This document shows positions 8,883-26,987 of a stretch of 64,000 nucleotides of DNA, in pieces (the first letter of the stretch is position 1; each line of letters opens with the position of its first letter). Below the pieces are notes generated by a model. That model did no database searches, was not told the origin of the DNA, and saw only the letters and a program-made list of their open reading frames with translations. This DNA is from Basidiobolus meristosporus CBS 931.73 (taxonomy: Eukaryota > Fungi > Basidiobolomycota), in contig MCFE01000188.1 of assembly GCA_002104905.1 (NCBI GenBank), positions 1-64,000 of the forward strand. The letters run 5' to 3'. Both the position numbers and the translations under genes were made by a program.

Positions 8883-10830
8883 TTGCCCAAAAGGGAGAAC
8901 AAAAGAATGCATATGGAAAGCGCCAAAGGAAACAGCTCACCCAAAACTGGTGATACCCCTCCCACCAGCAAGAACCAAGATGATATCAAAAACAAGACCA
9001 ACCTGCAAGTATTGAGAGACATGGTACAAGTGTTACATGCAACAAGAACCACCTATAAACAGTTGTTTGCCGGAGCTGTCATGTTGATACAAGACACAAT
9101 CAGAGACAGACAAGACAAGTTACCCATGCCAATACAAGGTAAGGAGATACTACCCAAGAAGGCCATGTATCACTGGAGAGGAGGTTCCTTGATCAGTAAG
9201 GAGAGGGATGCCACACTGATTCTCATATCCATACTGGACACAGTCAGACAGAAGACATAAGGAGTCAACTGTTGCACCCTTACAAGGCCTTGAGAGCCCC
9301 CCTGTTTTGTTGCATACTTGCCATTAATAGGTACCACAGTTGTTGAGGTATACACAGACCTGGTACAAGCAGCAAGAGTACCAGAAGTAAAACTCTTGAT
9401 CAAAGGACTCCTCTGAGAAATCTGCAAACATCTCAAACCACATTTCCAAGAAGGAATTATCCCAGAGAAGGTATGCAAACAGATTAAATACACCAGTGTG
9501 GTAGAGTAAACATACCTCCCACAGACAAGTTTATTCATATAGCCATTATGATATACTTATTCATATTTTATCTTATCAGTATTATCCCATTCTTCTTTTG
9601 CCCATATTACCAGTATTATCCCCATATGATGTTTACCCTGATTAGTTATTAGCATTAGTTATCCCAGATGTTATTCAGCTTTGTGATCAGTATATGTATC
9701 TACATAAGGCAAGTACCTTCATCAGTACCTGTGACACATGACCCAGGTCTGTGTTACCATCCCTACCATTTCAATACCATATATGGTATTTCTATGTTGC
9801 ACAGGTTTCAAACTACTAATTCCTGATTAGTTGGATGTGCTGTGCCTTTTAGAGCCTTCCAGGACATTCTTGGCATATTTTTAGCTCATAGTGAAGTCAT
9901 CAAGAATTCCACTGATGCCTAGAATCTTCTAGAACCTTGTCATTAGTAATCACTTGGCAATCAGGAAAAGTATTTAAGGGAAAGCAATCCCTCATCAATA
10001 AGTCATCCCTTCTATCAATAACACTTTTACCTTATTGATTAGCAGTTGACCACTGCACCTGCCTTCAACAGTACATCTCAGACCTGCCATCAAGGAGCTT
10101 TTCAGGGTAGTGCATAAGACACACAGAGGCCTTTGGAGACACTTGGAGCACCTAGGAAGCTAGAGAAGCAGGAGCTTTTACCATAGTTACACATTGTCAA
10201 AGACACCAGCAGTTTAGACACAGAGGTTATTGCACCCATGAGACACCTCACACACCTTGAGTTGTGTAGCTTCTCCCAGGAGTACCTCTACACCACCACA
10301 CTGGCATGTTAACTCATGCAATCCACCAAGTTGTTGTGTTACAACTATTACAGTGGTTTACCATAGGACAACTCAGGAACTGGTACAAAGTCCAACTCCA
10401 AGAAGCCAAAGAAGCTGCTGCAGACTCTGTAGAAACCATGAGGCAAGTGCAAAAGCACCTCAGTTGTGCCACAGTTTCTACAGAAGAACTACAATATGTC
10501 TTGGAAGAAGCAAAACTTGTTATTGACAATGGGTGACTGCCAACCAAGTGTACACCCTCTTCAAAAGGTCCCCTACCATCATATTGAACACAATAAGGAC
10601 AAGCCCTGACAACATTTGCAAGATAAAGAAGCAAGACTTTATTGCATTATTGCATCTCTTCTTGTTCTCCAACCCTCCCAAGGAACTTACCCTGAACCCT
10701 ATGGTTTGCCAATTGTTTGGCTCTGTGGAATACATACCTTGAGCAACTCAAGCCACACCCCACTCTACTGCCAAATGGTATCAGGTACTTGCCTGCAACC
10801 CCCTTGCAAGTGACAACCAGCAATGATACT
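8883..10830 (+). pseudogene. Degenerate unidentified TE-associated ORF, split by a solo LTR
   Basis: The 8883-9260, 9263-9496, 10305-10536 and 10533-10742 segments join with two frameshifts and TGA stops. Removing the LTR and one TSD restores the frame ..KQIKYTGMLTHAIHQ... Confidence 0.55.
9497..10300 (+). mobile_element. Solo LTR (804 bp) related to the Gypsy X LTR
   Basis: Ends are TGTGGT...ACCACA. Blocks shared with the 62511-63590 LTR include AAGGCAAGTACC, the TATA region AAAAGTATWTAAGGG, CTTATTGATTAG, CAGAGGTTATYGCACCCA and TACACCACCACA. Flanks are CCAG and CTGG, read as a decayed CCGG TSD. Confidence 0.8.
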
Positions 10831-12459
10831 ATGGTGACTCCCCATGCTCTGTAAACAAAATTGACCCTGGAGAAGCAAGTTAGTCAAAGAACATCAGGGA
10901 CAAGCTCCCTCTTAACCCCCAAGATATGTGAGTACTACATGTAGTACCCACTTGTTATCCAAGAGTTCCCCCCAGAGTCCTACCTGAAGTCCGCCAGTAT
11001 CCTCCCTATGATTCCCCCATGTGTCCTCCCTCTTATTCCTGCCCTTATCTAGTTAAAACACTTACCATAACAGGAAGGTGCTCACACCCCTATCTTATAA
11101 CACATTGTCCATTATCTAAGCCCCCCCCCAAGTGATATATATATATCTATCCAATTGAACCAAGCAAGAGGACAGAAAGATTTGGACAAAATAAACACTA
11201 GTCTTTATTACATTGCTACCTTCTATTGGAAGCTATTCTGAACCAAGTGGTACTGACTTGACCTACAAGCTCTCCCACTCACCAAGTACAGTCAGTAATA
11301 ACCCACAGGGTCCACTCAAGTTAGTGTAGACCATAATAAGACTGTTAAAATACCTTTCAAATCCCATTAAAGGACCACCCAAATACTGTCAAGTTTGTAT
11401 ACCTTTTCAGCAGTGAGATCAGGAAAATACCATCACAATCCAATCATAAGACTGTAAAGAGGGTCAATAATACCAGGCAGCTGGCATGATAACAGCCTCC
11501 CTGTGGGATCTTGATGGCTGATCTGGATTGGATCCACCTGCAGGCCCAAATTATTTTTCATAGGGTTGGTTGGGGATGGATAGCAAAAGTAACACTTTCA
11601 TAAGCCCACTAGCCAGCCTATCCTTGCAGACTCTCAGCCAGTAACTGAACTGGCAGTAGAGTAGCTGAAAGCAGAATTGCCTAAGGATGGAATTCTTAAT
11701 CAACTGGTTACTCTTTGACATAGCTACAATGTCATGCTACTTTCCTTGTCAACATGATGTCATTTTTAGTTGCACTTGTAACTATCAGGCAAGTGATATA
11801 TGCAGTTTGCCATTCCTCTATATATCCTGATAGCTCTTCCTCTTAAGAAGAACTTGAATACATTCAACAAGATATTATGCCAAAAAACAAGTCTAAGTTG
11901 CAATGCTTAAGAGATTCAATACCTCTTAGCTGGCTTCTTAGATTTTATTGTGTTAATAACTTTCCCCCTCCCCACCCATTTACACTTGGTGAAATAAAAT
12001 ACTGAAGACCAGGCACCTTATTCACTAGAAGCAAGCCTACACAGTCCTCAGTGAAGCTTCTGATGTTTGCAATGACTGAAGAGTAGCAGGGAATAATGAA
12101 AACTGATCTGGTGCCATATTCCCACTACCTTTCAATCAGGATGGATTTTAATACTAAAGGTTTGCATTATGTTGGAAACAATATAGCCAAAAGATATTCT
12201 TTGGATGGGAAAAGATTTGCCAAATAAAAAATATAGAATAGGTGTGGCTATACAGTATCCAAAGGAAGCAGGAACTTAATTAAATGTCATTTATCTTAGA
12301 AGAAATTCAACAAGTTTTGAAGATCTGGGTTTGCCAAGGATAATTAAATACTACAAGGACTTGGTTGAGAAGCATTTGAAGCACATAGATGTAAAGCTTG
12401 ATTACTGTGAGCTGGTTGTGGCCAACCTGATTCCTAGGGATAAAAACTTGGTCTGAATC

Positions 12460-12494
12460 ATCACTGGCAGGGTGCTCAGTGATACAGCCGCTAG
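12460..12494 (+). mobile_element. Candidate Helitron-type 3' terminus (weak GC hairpin, then CTAG followed by T)
   Basis: ggcagggtgctcagtgatacagccgCTAG|T lies exactly where CpG-poor TE DNA switches to CpG-normal DNA. No Rep/helicase was recognised. Confidence 0.3.
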
Positions 12495-12661
12495 TTCACT
12501 ACTGCTTGATCACCTCTGAGCAGCCATCCACGGATATTCAACCAAGCACGCTACATCAGCATTCATCAATAAGCACTTATAAAAGTGAGGAACATGGTGC
12601 ATAATATAGATCAGGCAATACAAGAAGTAATTAATGTTGGGGTTTGAAAAGCGTTGGCAAG

Positions 12662-17806
<5,145 letters not shown>

Positions 17807-18589
17807 TTGATACTGGAGTAGTTGGCGGACGTAAAAGAGGAGAGGGGAGCATGGGTTTTATCTCGCAGGGAAATGGGCAAGGATCTTTTGTAGATTGATA
17901 TTAAGACATGTCACCGATGGAATGCACATGCTAAGAAATCTGACCCTCTATTGCGGAAAAGGATACAACAAAGGCGTTCTATTTATACTTCAACAGAGCT
18001 ACAGTGGATACCAAAATATCTACCAGTCGCTATAACCAGCACATATTCACATCCAGTTATATTCTCCCAAATCCTCACATCCTGTTATATTCTCCCAAAT
18101 CCAACCTCACCCAGCTATCCAGATCAACATTTATGGAGTCAACTGCGGATCTGCGGGCTTGAGCAATCCCACATTTATGAGAATTCACAGTAAAGTAACA
18201 TAAAGCTTCCGACTCGATTAGGTAGTACAGGTAAAGAGATTAAGTAGCTTAGTAAAGGATGGGTGGGCATGAAGTGAACCGCCATGTTGCTCTAGAGCCT
18301 GAAGGATTTTGGCATTTCTTGCCCATAGAAAATCCATTTTGCTTGGCTAGTTTACGAGTCGTTTCTGGTTTTTCTGTGCTTGACTCCGGCAGTTGTAACT
18401 TGAGAGTGATGATGTCGCATAGCGAGTCACTCCCCCTGTAGAACACGATTGGTGTGGTTGGTTGCAAATGGATGACATACGTGTTCACTTCGAGACATCG
18501 TGGATGGAAGGATAGTAGAATATGACTTGACACCAATCAAAGCTCCTTTTAATTATAATTCCAGCACGACGAAATATCTGTAGCGATCA

Positions 18590-19212
18590 AACCCTGGAAC
18601 CCATATGAATGAGTGTCTGAAACTGTATTGCAATGTTGGCCAGTGTATTTATAGCTGATCTAATTAACAAGATATATGCTGCAAAAACTGGGCTATTTTG
18701 GGAGATTGTTAAGTTCTTTGTGAGATGATATCTACATAGCTGTTTGGAAGAGATGATACATTGGGACACTGTAGATAGTCTATTGAGTAGTAAAGCTAGT
18801 GCTGATGTAAGATTGTTGGTGGACTGTCACTCTTAAATTTATTACTTTGATATATGTATGTATATGTTGACTAAGATGCTTATAGTATTGCCATGATGCA
18901 ACTGTGGTACCTATTGGTTTACTCTCAAATCACCTGACATACTTCACAGCTCTATGTAGCTGATTGCTGGATTATGAGTTAGGATTTGAGTTATTAGCCA
19001 AGTCATAGGATTAGTGAGCCCCTGGAACTATCAAAATCTTCAAGCTTGCTCAAATGGGTACAAAATATGTACACCACTTCCAGGGACCTTAACTGAACAT
19101 TGACCACTGGCAAGGTAATTTGGTATACCCTCCATAGGCATCAAAATTTTAAATGTGTGACATGATAGTTAAAAAGAAAGAAATTTTTGGGTCAAATGTT
19201 ACACGCTCTCTA
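18590..19212. repeat. AT-rich, CpG-depleted island, probably a non-coding TE fragment
   Basis: Abrupt loss of CpG relative to both flanks. The right end (CGTGTAACATTTGACCC on the minus strand) resembles motifs in the Gypsy Y LTR. Confidence 0.4.
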
Positions 19213-19663
19213 CTATACAAAATATATGTGACCATGCGGCATGATAATTACTCAGTTTACTCATAGAGTCCCCATTTCAGTTCAGAATACTCAACGCCAC
19301 TCAGCCCAAGAAAGCGGTGGCCATGATCCGACTATGAACAATCCCTACTCTTCAAGCAATTTCCATAAACAGACAAGAGGAGCAAATTACCAATAGGTTG
19401 CTTTTACACTAACCGCAGCGTAGTCACCCGAAACTTTAAATCGGAGTATTTCGGTGTGAACTTCATTGGCGTCCATAAATCAGGGCCCCAGAGCAGCGGA
19501 ATATAATTTTCCGTGGGCGCGTGACACCCCAGAACTTAAGCCCAGTCGGAGGTGGTCCCCAGATATATATTGATGTCTATATGCACTCTAAATACTCGGT
19601 TCAGCTCACATGTTGGCAAGTATATAATGACCGGGCTCAGCCTAACGCTTTAACCAATGTACA

Positions 19664-21331
19664 ATGATACTGACATTAATCCTTGCTGGCTTTGCGCTCT
19701 ACATATTCTGGGATATATACTTCAAGAATAGCCAATACTCCCATATTCCTGGGCCGAAAGGGGTTCCCATATTTGGAAATGTATTGCAAATGCGTTTCGA
19801 GTATTTGATCCGAGACTTCGAGGCTTGGGCTTGGAAGTATGGCAGGGTTTTTCGCCTGAATTTAGCACACAAGCCCTGCCTTGTTATCTCGGACACTCAG
19901 ATGTGCCACGAAATTCTCAAAAGCAAGGCCTGATGGGTTCTCTCGTGGGGCAGCCTTGTCCAAGATTGCGGAGGAGCTCCACGTGAATGGCATCTTCACC
20001 CAGGAGGGTGATGAGTGGAGACATTCTAGATACTGGATTGCCTCCGCATTTTCCCCATCCAAAGTACGTGAATTCAAGAAATGCATATGGCATCATTCCA
20101 AGAGGTTGCAAGAGAAGCTACGGGAAATTTCGGAGAAGCAGGCCAAGGTGCTTGCTTCGAGACACGGTGAAGGGACTGATTCCACCACGAGCAGGTTTCC
20201 GATTCTGAACCAGCACGACGGGGACGATTTAACTGGCAATATTATCAGCGAAATTCAGTCGGTAGTCCTCTCCATTGTGTGCGATGTATCGTTCTCTTGG
20301 GGTGAGGAGAACTTTCTTTCACATGATGTGATCTCTAGAAGCAAGACCTTCATGGCTCGCATGTTTGAACGAGCACACGCGGTGTTCCCGATTTGGAGGT
20401 TCTACAAGGGTGAGCGGGACATCATTGCGGAGGGCTTGAGTGCAGAATTTTCGCAACGTATACAAACATTGATTGACAAATCACAAGATAACCTGGAATC
20501 CCGGACACTGCTGGACACGTTGTTGAGAAGCACTCTCGAAGCAGATGGTGAAACTGACAATCTGTCCGAAAAGCGCCGACGTATGCATAGACTTACTGAT
20601 GATCAAGTGAAGGCCAACCTGATGACGGTTATCATGGCGGGATATGGTGAGTTTGTGATTCTGGTTCTACGAGCGCTGCTAACAGTGACTATTGATTAGA
20701 AACCACGGCTACAGTAATGAGCTGGGTCCTGTATGAGCTTGCCAAAAACCCTCAATATCAAGAAAGAGTCCGAGCGGAGTTGAAAGAGGCCTTCGGAGAT
20801 ATAAACCAACTTGACATTGATCAGGATATATCGGTCATTGAGAAAGCACTCAATCTGCCTGAGGTTCATCTCCCATTTATTCACGCTTTGATCCAGGAAA
20901 CGCTCCGTATCCATTCGGTTGCCCCACTTTTCCAACTGACGGCACTGAAAGACCACGTGATCCAAGGGGTTAAGATCACCAAAGGAACTGAGCTCTTCCT
21001 TCTGACGCGAGTCGCAACCTTGCGTTCATGGCCGACTTCAGACCCATTCAAGTTCAATCCAGAGCAGTGGCTTGGAGAGAATGGGGAAAGCGAAAGTCAG
21101 ATCAAGACTATGAACCAGCTTGGCCTCACCTTTGGCTTCGGACCCCGAGTGTGTCCGGGACGACACCTGGCAGAAACCGAGCTGGTCGTCTTGACCTCCT
21201 TGATAGCCACCAATTTCCAATTGTCATTGATTCATATGCCGCCAGCTATGGAGCCAGTCATGGAGAAGATGCAGTTCACCACATACCCAGCTAACATCCA
21301 TATTCGTATTGAACCTAACACTACGTCTTAG
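19664..21331 (+). pseudogene. Cytochrome P450 with one intron and a +1 frameshift (pseudogene or assembly error)
   Basis: N-terminal TM followed by IPGPKGVPIFGN; I-helix AGYETT after splicing 20647-20699 (GTGAGT..GCTAAC..TAG); ETLR; FNPEQW; heme motif FGFGPRVCPG. An extra A in ctcAAAAgca (about 19920) breaks ILK-ARPDGF. Confidence 0.9.
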
Positions 21332-21504
21332 ACAGGTGTGTGTGCACCCTAAAGTCACCTGGAGATCAATGTACGCCCCATAACCTGGTGTGATGATAAA
21401 ATCAAACTTATTATTACTTATTTAATCATAAGCTACACAGCATAATTTCAAAAAAGGTCAACATATTTTACATTTAAATTAAATTGATCGGGGTTGATTT
21501 TGGG

Positions 21505-22422
21505 CTACAGATCAGAGAGTTGATTTTGGGCTACGGCCTTGATGGTAGCATTGCTCGGACCACCAGATCCCTGCTCCAAAGGCATGAAAATGATTTTGGT
21601 TCCGCTGTTTTTGCTCATAGCTGCTAAAGTCTCGAGATACCGGATCTGCATGGCAGCAGGTGTATTCAATATCTCGGCCGCCTCCCGCATCAGTTTGGCC
21701 GAATCCACCTCGGCTTGAGCTGAAATTACCTTGGACTCACCGATTCTCTTTTGTGTAGCTGCGCTAGATAATGACTCTTGCAGCTCTCTGGAGAAACCGA
21801 GATCCTTGATAAGGATTGACTCAATGGTAACCCCCCACTCTCTAGCTGGAACATCAATCATCTCCCGGATATCATCTGCAATGGTTTCCCGGTTCTCAAT
21901 ACAGTCTTGCAGGACACGGGTGCCCAACACGCCTCGAAGTGTAGTCTGGGTGCGTTCAATCAGGGCTGCCTTCACATCGCTGACTCCAAAGAGCGCCTGA
22001 TATGGATCCACAACGTGGTAATACACTACCGCATCGATTCGGATGTTGACATTATCTTTGGTCATGATACGGATGTCCTCTATGGATGCAAGCTGGATCT
22101 TAATGTCCACTGGGTAGACTTTTTCTGTAAACGGATTGATGGATACCAGGCCGGGGTCAACGCATTTGTACACTCGGCCAAACCTTGCTACTAAACCCAC
22201 ATTTCCTTGAACAATCTCCTTGTTCGGGTTGGGACAGCAGAAGCATCCGGGGATTGAGCCTAGTAATCCAAAGAACTCTCCTAGTGACTGCATGGTGGTC
22301 CCATAGAACCCAGAGACTGGCTCCACCGGCATTTCCTTTGCAAAGGATTTTTTCATTACATTTGTATGAGGCTCACGATCAACGAGGGGCTGAGCATCAT
22401 TCTGCTGTTTAGAGGTAGACAT
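21505..22422 (-). CDS. Stomatin-like SPFH/band-7 protein (305 aa, intronless)
   Basis: TKDNVNIRIDAVVY, QTTLRGVLG, WGVTIESILIKDL, AQAEVDSAKLMREAAEIL, AMQIRYLETL, plus the fungal CFCCPNP motif. Confidence 0.93.
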   Translation of the reverse strand: MSTSKQQNDAQPLVDREPHTNVMKKSFAKEMPVEPVSGFYGTTMQSLGEFFGLLGSIPGCFCCPNPNKEIVQGNVGLVARFGRVYKCVDPGLVSINPFTEKVYPVDIKIQLASIEDIRIMTKDNVNIRIDAVVYYHVVDPYQALFGVSDVKAALIERTQTTLRGVLGTRVLQDCIENRETIADDIREMIDVPAREWGVTIESILIKDLGFSRELQESLSSAATQKRIGESKVISAQAEVDSAKLMREAAEILNTPAAMQIRYLETLAAMSKNSGTKIIFMPLEQGSGGPSNATIKAVAQNQLSDL

Positions 22423-23646
22423 TGTTGTAATACAAGTTGAGATAGCCAAGGTTCTCAGCCTTATAAATCCCCCTGATTTCGTGCCTCATGATTCCACTGT
22501 GGGCAAATATGGGAACACCAACTGTTATTGCCAAGGTTGTGAGGCTTGCAAGGCTGGTGGCTAAATCCGCTAGGAATGAGCAGCCAATTGAGCTTCCTGA
22601 GAATAAATAGAGGTGGGTCTGGTTTGGAATCTGCCATGCGTAGCTTTTACCAGAATCATAACAAATCACCACGCGTTTCTTTTACCAAAAGAATGCAGTC
22701 TACGTCATAATACCTGGTTCGCCTTTCATGCTATGCCTATTTGGTGTAGATAGCGAAATCAAATCGCTGATTACACATTTCTGGGATCAGATTTAGAGGT
22801 TGGAGATATACCATAACCGTAACTTGGGAGAATCTATTGTATCAGCTTTAACCGGACCTAGGATGTCATGCTCACCAATACAGCAACGCGTCCCCACCCA
22901 AGAAGTGGTAGTGGGAAACATATGTGCGATAGCTATGGAGTGTTCATTCGATCGTTGCCGAATGATATGCCAATATTGTCTCAACGATCAAAGCAAGTGG
23001 TGCCTCTGCTTCCGGCAATACTTAAACAAAGTAAAGCTTCCACTTCAGGCCGAGATGTTTATTCGCATCCCATGAATAAAGTAGCCATTCACTTATATGC
23101 ATCCATCTATGTATGGAATGCAGTATTGTGACTGGATCGCCAACATCGACTGTATGCAGTAGGTTCCGATGGTTTGGACACAGCCATCACAATAGTGGGA
23201 TGCGTGACATGGTTTACTCCGATCTGCACAAGTATCAATGTTGATGATATGCTTCCCGCAAATACATGATATGCGCGCTCTTGGCGGGAATAATGAAACA
23301 TATGGGTGGAGAGGTTTAAATGCGGTGCAGGCTCTTGTCTCTATTTTGGATCTTAAGTGCTGTGCAGTCTCATTTCTTAATTCTGAATCCTCCTTGTATT
23401 GTCCGGTATTCACCGAAAGCGATAGTTCCGAATAATATGTACCCGGCTTTTGACTAGTATTTCTCGAGAGAAATCGCCCACCGAGGTTCTTGGATTATCA
23501 ACTTTACCTGCTTGATCTACCTTGAGTGTGCAGCGATACCAGCATCCATCTATATATACATCTATCTACAGAGCATACCTCGCTTATAATTATTTGGTTC
23601 TCATTGAATGGAAGATCTGCTTCTACCTCCTTCTTTCCCGACCTTC

Positions 23647-26600
23647 ATGCCTTCTCAGACTGAAATTGATCCCTCACTGCCGTTGAATAGTAAGTAGGAT
23701 ACTGCGAAAGCTGTAGCCTCAGTATTAACCGATAGTCTATCATTCAAAGGCGAAGAAGAAAACAAATTCTGTCCTACACTCCTTAGCTCTCGAAAACTCA
23801 AGCGCACCGTTGCAATTAGAATGCTGAAAACCACCGCCAGTGTCACAGACGAGAAATCCTTGTGCTTTGACCAGGAGACTCCTTTAAGGCGCTCTACATC
23901 TCTGGACACCAGAAAAGAATCCACAAAATACTTGACCAACTCAAAGTTTACAGCAACCCCTTTGAGAAAATCAAGGTCTTTTACCACCATATCCCAGAAG
24001 CACATCCCCAAGCCGAATCATACTGCCACGTCGCGTCAACCAGTCCCTGGCCATCCCCCCATGCCAAAAATGTCGTTGCGTAGAAAGAAAGGTTTAGGTA
24101 AGGTTCGAAAATACACAATGCACCATGAGATCAGAACATAACCTCAACTTGCCCCTAGTTGTGAATCAACGGGCGAATAAAGACAATACGAAGAGAGAGC
24201 ATCAGACGATGGACTGGAAATCTCTTGCTGATTCATACGATGCTTACCATAGCGACAGCGAATCCTCTAGAGGAAGCATAAGGTCGAAGGAGATTGGACC
24301 CAACAACCGAGCATCATTAACCCCTCGACGATCAAGATCGTTTAATATCTCCTCTAGACGCTCCAGTAAAAGCACATCTCTATCGCGCACACTTTCTACC
24401 AGAGAGCAACATCGAGCACAAACAGAAAGGATTGGCATCTGGTCGAAGCGGTTTCTTGCTGACCGGGAGCCATCTACAGAGCGGATCTCCGGAATACTAA
24501 GGAGCTGGACCAGCAGCACTGTATCTCCGGTTTATTTTTCGGGTGTCGAGATGGACACAGAAATTGATTCAGAAGATGAGCCCACCACAACATTGCCCAA
24601 GAACTTTATCAGAAAGGTCAAACATCTCAAACCGCGTGTCAGCAAGATATTGGTTCGATACCCTAGAACAAAAACCACTGCTGGCGACAAAGAGATGAGC
24701 GAACCGTCTGCGATACAAACAGTAGACAACCAAGGACTTTTTCCACCTGGAAAGGAAATCAAGGTCAATAGGGTCCAACTAAATGTCAGAACCTCTATGG
24801 AGATGAGACTGACCAAAGAAAAGCTGTGTAAAGTGATTTTGGAGGATGTAAACCAAACAACTCTCGAGGACAGCTCCGAAATGTCGCCCATTGCAACAAG
24901 CCGTGAAAGCAACGCAAATCCTGAGAGCCATCAAGGCACCAGAGCGAAATTGTTCGAAGAGCCAGTAAGCATATGCTGCCTGACCACCACTGCCAACGCA
25001 AACACCGCTCAGACGGATATAGCAATACAAGACCCGCAGCAGGTCTATTCTGAGGAAACCTCGCAGTCGCCGCTCTCGCTCTCCGACGTCGGGCCATCTT
25101 TCTTCCTAACTGCATTCTCAGACCGCTTGAAATCTCCCGCTGGTAAATAACAGCAGTGTGGAAATCCGATCAAACCCAGGTGATTTATCGGCGAAAGAGA
25201 AGAGCAGCGTGGAGACCTTCGACTCAGTCGAAACTGAATCCGACTTTGCCACAGGCTGGAGCGAAGAACATTTGAAGCCAACCACGTATGCAGAGAGCAA
25301 AGGCACTAACGAGACCATCACCATTGCCCCAAAAGCTAAATCCAATATTCTGAAAACATCTTTATCCATTCCGAAGATTGTAAATCCAACCCCGAATATT
25401 CCCAGTGGGAGATCTATCCAGCGCGGATTCATAGGCAACTTACGAGTGGAGAGTAATATCAAAATCACCACTAGTGCCACACTCAAGGCGTACTCCAACA
25501 AAATCAACCCGATCAAAGGTGGGAAGAAGAACGGCTTCAAGGCACCTGCAACACTCGCTGGTTGCGAGAACAGTTGCAAAATCCTTGAAAGCAGCACAAT
25601 GAACGGCAACACTCAACTAGCAAAAGAGCCATCCAAGTCACGTAAAATAATATTATACGGCTTCACTTATCAGATAGTTAACAGCAATGCTGTTAAACAT
25701 CGCTATCTATTCTTATTCGATGATTTATTGGTTGTCACGAAACCACTTAGCAAGGAAGGGAATCGTCACCTTGGCCTGCACTCGCGCTTTTTGGTCAAGC
25801 ATTGTATCAAGACCAACTCGATCCTCTTCAACGGAACACGCGAGCGTGTGACGAAGAAGAATGACAATGGATTGAAAAAGATCGAAGGAGAGCCTCACCC
25901 GATATTTACAAACGCAGTGCGTAAATTCGAAATCAACCCGCACTCGGCTGTGATGTATATGATTGACAAAGCCACACTGAAGACGGATCCAGGCAGCATT
26001 GCTGGCTTCCTGCATAAAACACCGGAACTAAGCAAGAAACAGCTGGGCAAGTTCCTCGGGACGGAGAGTAATCATGCCATTTTAAACGCCTTTTTGGACA
26101 AATGTAAGCTGTCCGGGTTGAGAATCGATGATGCCCTAAGAGTGTTCTTGGCGTCCTTTAGACTTCCTGGTGAAGGAGCCATAATTGATTACTTGGTGAG
26201 CTCATTTGCCAAGCGCTGGCACAGTGCAAATCGCAGCCGAGTTGGCTTTGACATGGATACATCCATTAAACTTTCGTTCTACATGATGGCATTGAATGCT
26301 GATCTCCATAACAAAAAACGAACTCTACGGAGCAAGATAGAACTGCATGAATTTCTAACAAAGTTCCAGGACTCGAATGGCGCTCAAATGTGCGTTACAG
26401 AGGAACTGTTAACAGATATATTCACATCCATTCGCAGGGATAAGCTGGAGACGGCGGTGGACGATACCGCTTCAACACACACAATAACAGTGAAATATCC
26501 GGATGCTCAACATTTGGAAGTGAACGTACCGCTCGAGATGGTGGTAGAAATCCCAACGCCGGACAAAAATTTCCGAATCAAACCAGTCGGAGATGGGCTG

Positions 26601-26987
26601 ATTTGTGAGCCTAAAATCCTCGATTTCGTTCATAGCAGCCACCAAACACTAAGGTTCCAATTTAGTTCACCTGGTCGCAAAAGCTTGACCTTGATAAGAC
26701 TGGGCTCGCGCGCTCGCAAATACTCGAACGTCCCTGGGCATGTGTTCATTCTGGAACCCAACTATATGAGGCATTCTATCATGTTGACTTTTCCCGCGGA
26801 GAAGGCAGAAAAGAAGTTCTTGTTCGGTTTTACGGATCGAGCTACGCGTGACCGCTGGTCAAAGAGCTTCTCTACTGTCAAACAAGCCGAGGAATCATCC
26901 TCGATCAAAACCAGAACCATCCCTGAGCTCTCGATCTGGTCAGGCTATGACCTAGTGGAATGGTTAACAAAACCCGCTCAACATTAA
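23647..26987 (+). CDS. Sec7-domain Arf guanine-nucleotide exchange factor with a long disordered N-terminus and PH-like segments
   Basis: Sec7 motifs: LSKKQLGKFLG, LRIDDALRVFL, FRLPGE (catalytic Glu), LNADLHN. Probable introns at 23690-23749, 24098-24158 (GTAAGG..CCCTAG) and 25143-25179. The start is less certain than the C-terminal half. Confidence 0.85.

Noticed and set aside
10301-10320. TGGCA after the 9497-10300 LTR read as a PBS followed by gag
   Set aside because: The in-frame restoration of the flanking ORF and the CCAG/CTGG flanks fit a solo LTR better; no tRNA match was recognised.
11140-12460. Possible Fanzor/TnpB, tyrosine recombinase, Helitron helicase or hammerhead ribozyme in the unexplained CpG-poor block
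   Set aside because: The frames I translated gave only broken ORFs without RuvC, RHRY or helicase motifs. CTGAAGA..GAAA near 12076 lacks a stem II.
19400-19430. GCTTTTAC resembling the U5 snRNA loop
   Set aside because: No flanking stem and no Sm site; chance match.
22450-23640. Cluster of short ORFs between stomatin and the Arf-GEF
   Set aside because: No recognisable motif, no consistent splice model and no codon bias; treated as intergenic or an unidentifiable relic.
24090-24160. Apparent frameshift between ORFs 23821-24141 and 24125-25150
   Set aside because: Explained by a canonical phase-1 intron (GTAAGG..CCCCTAG, 24098-24158).
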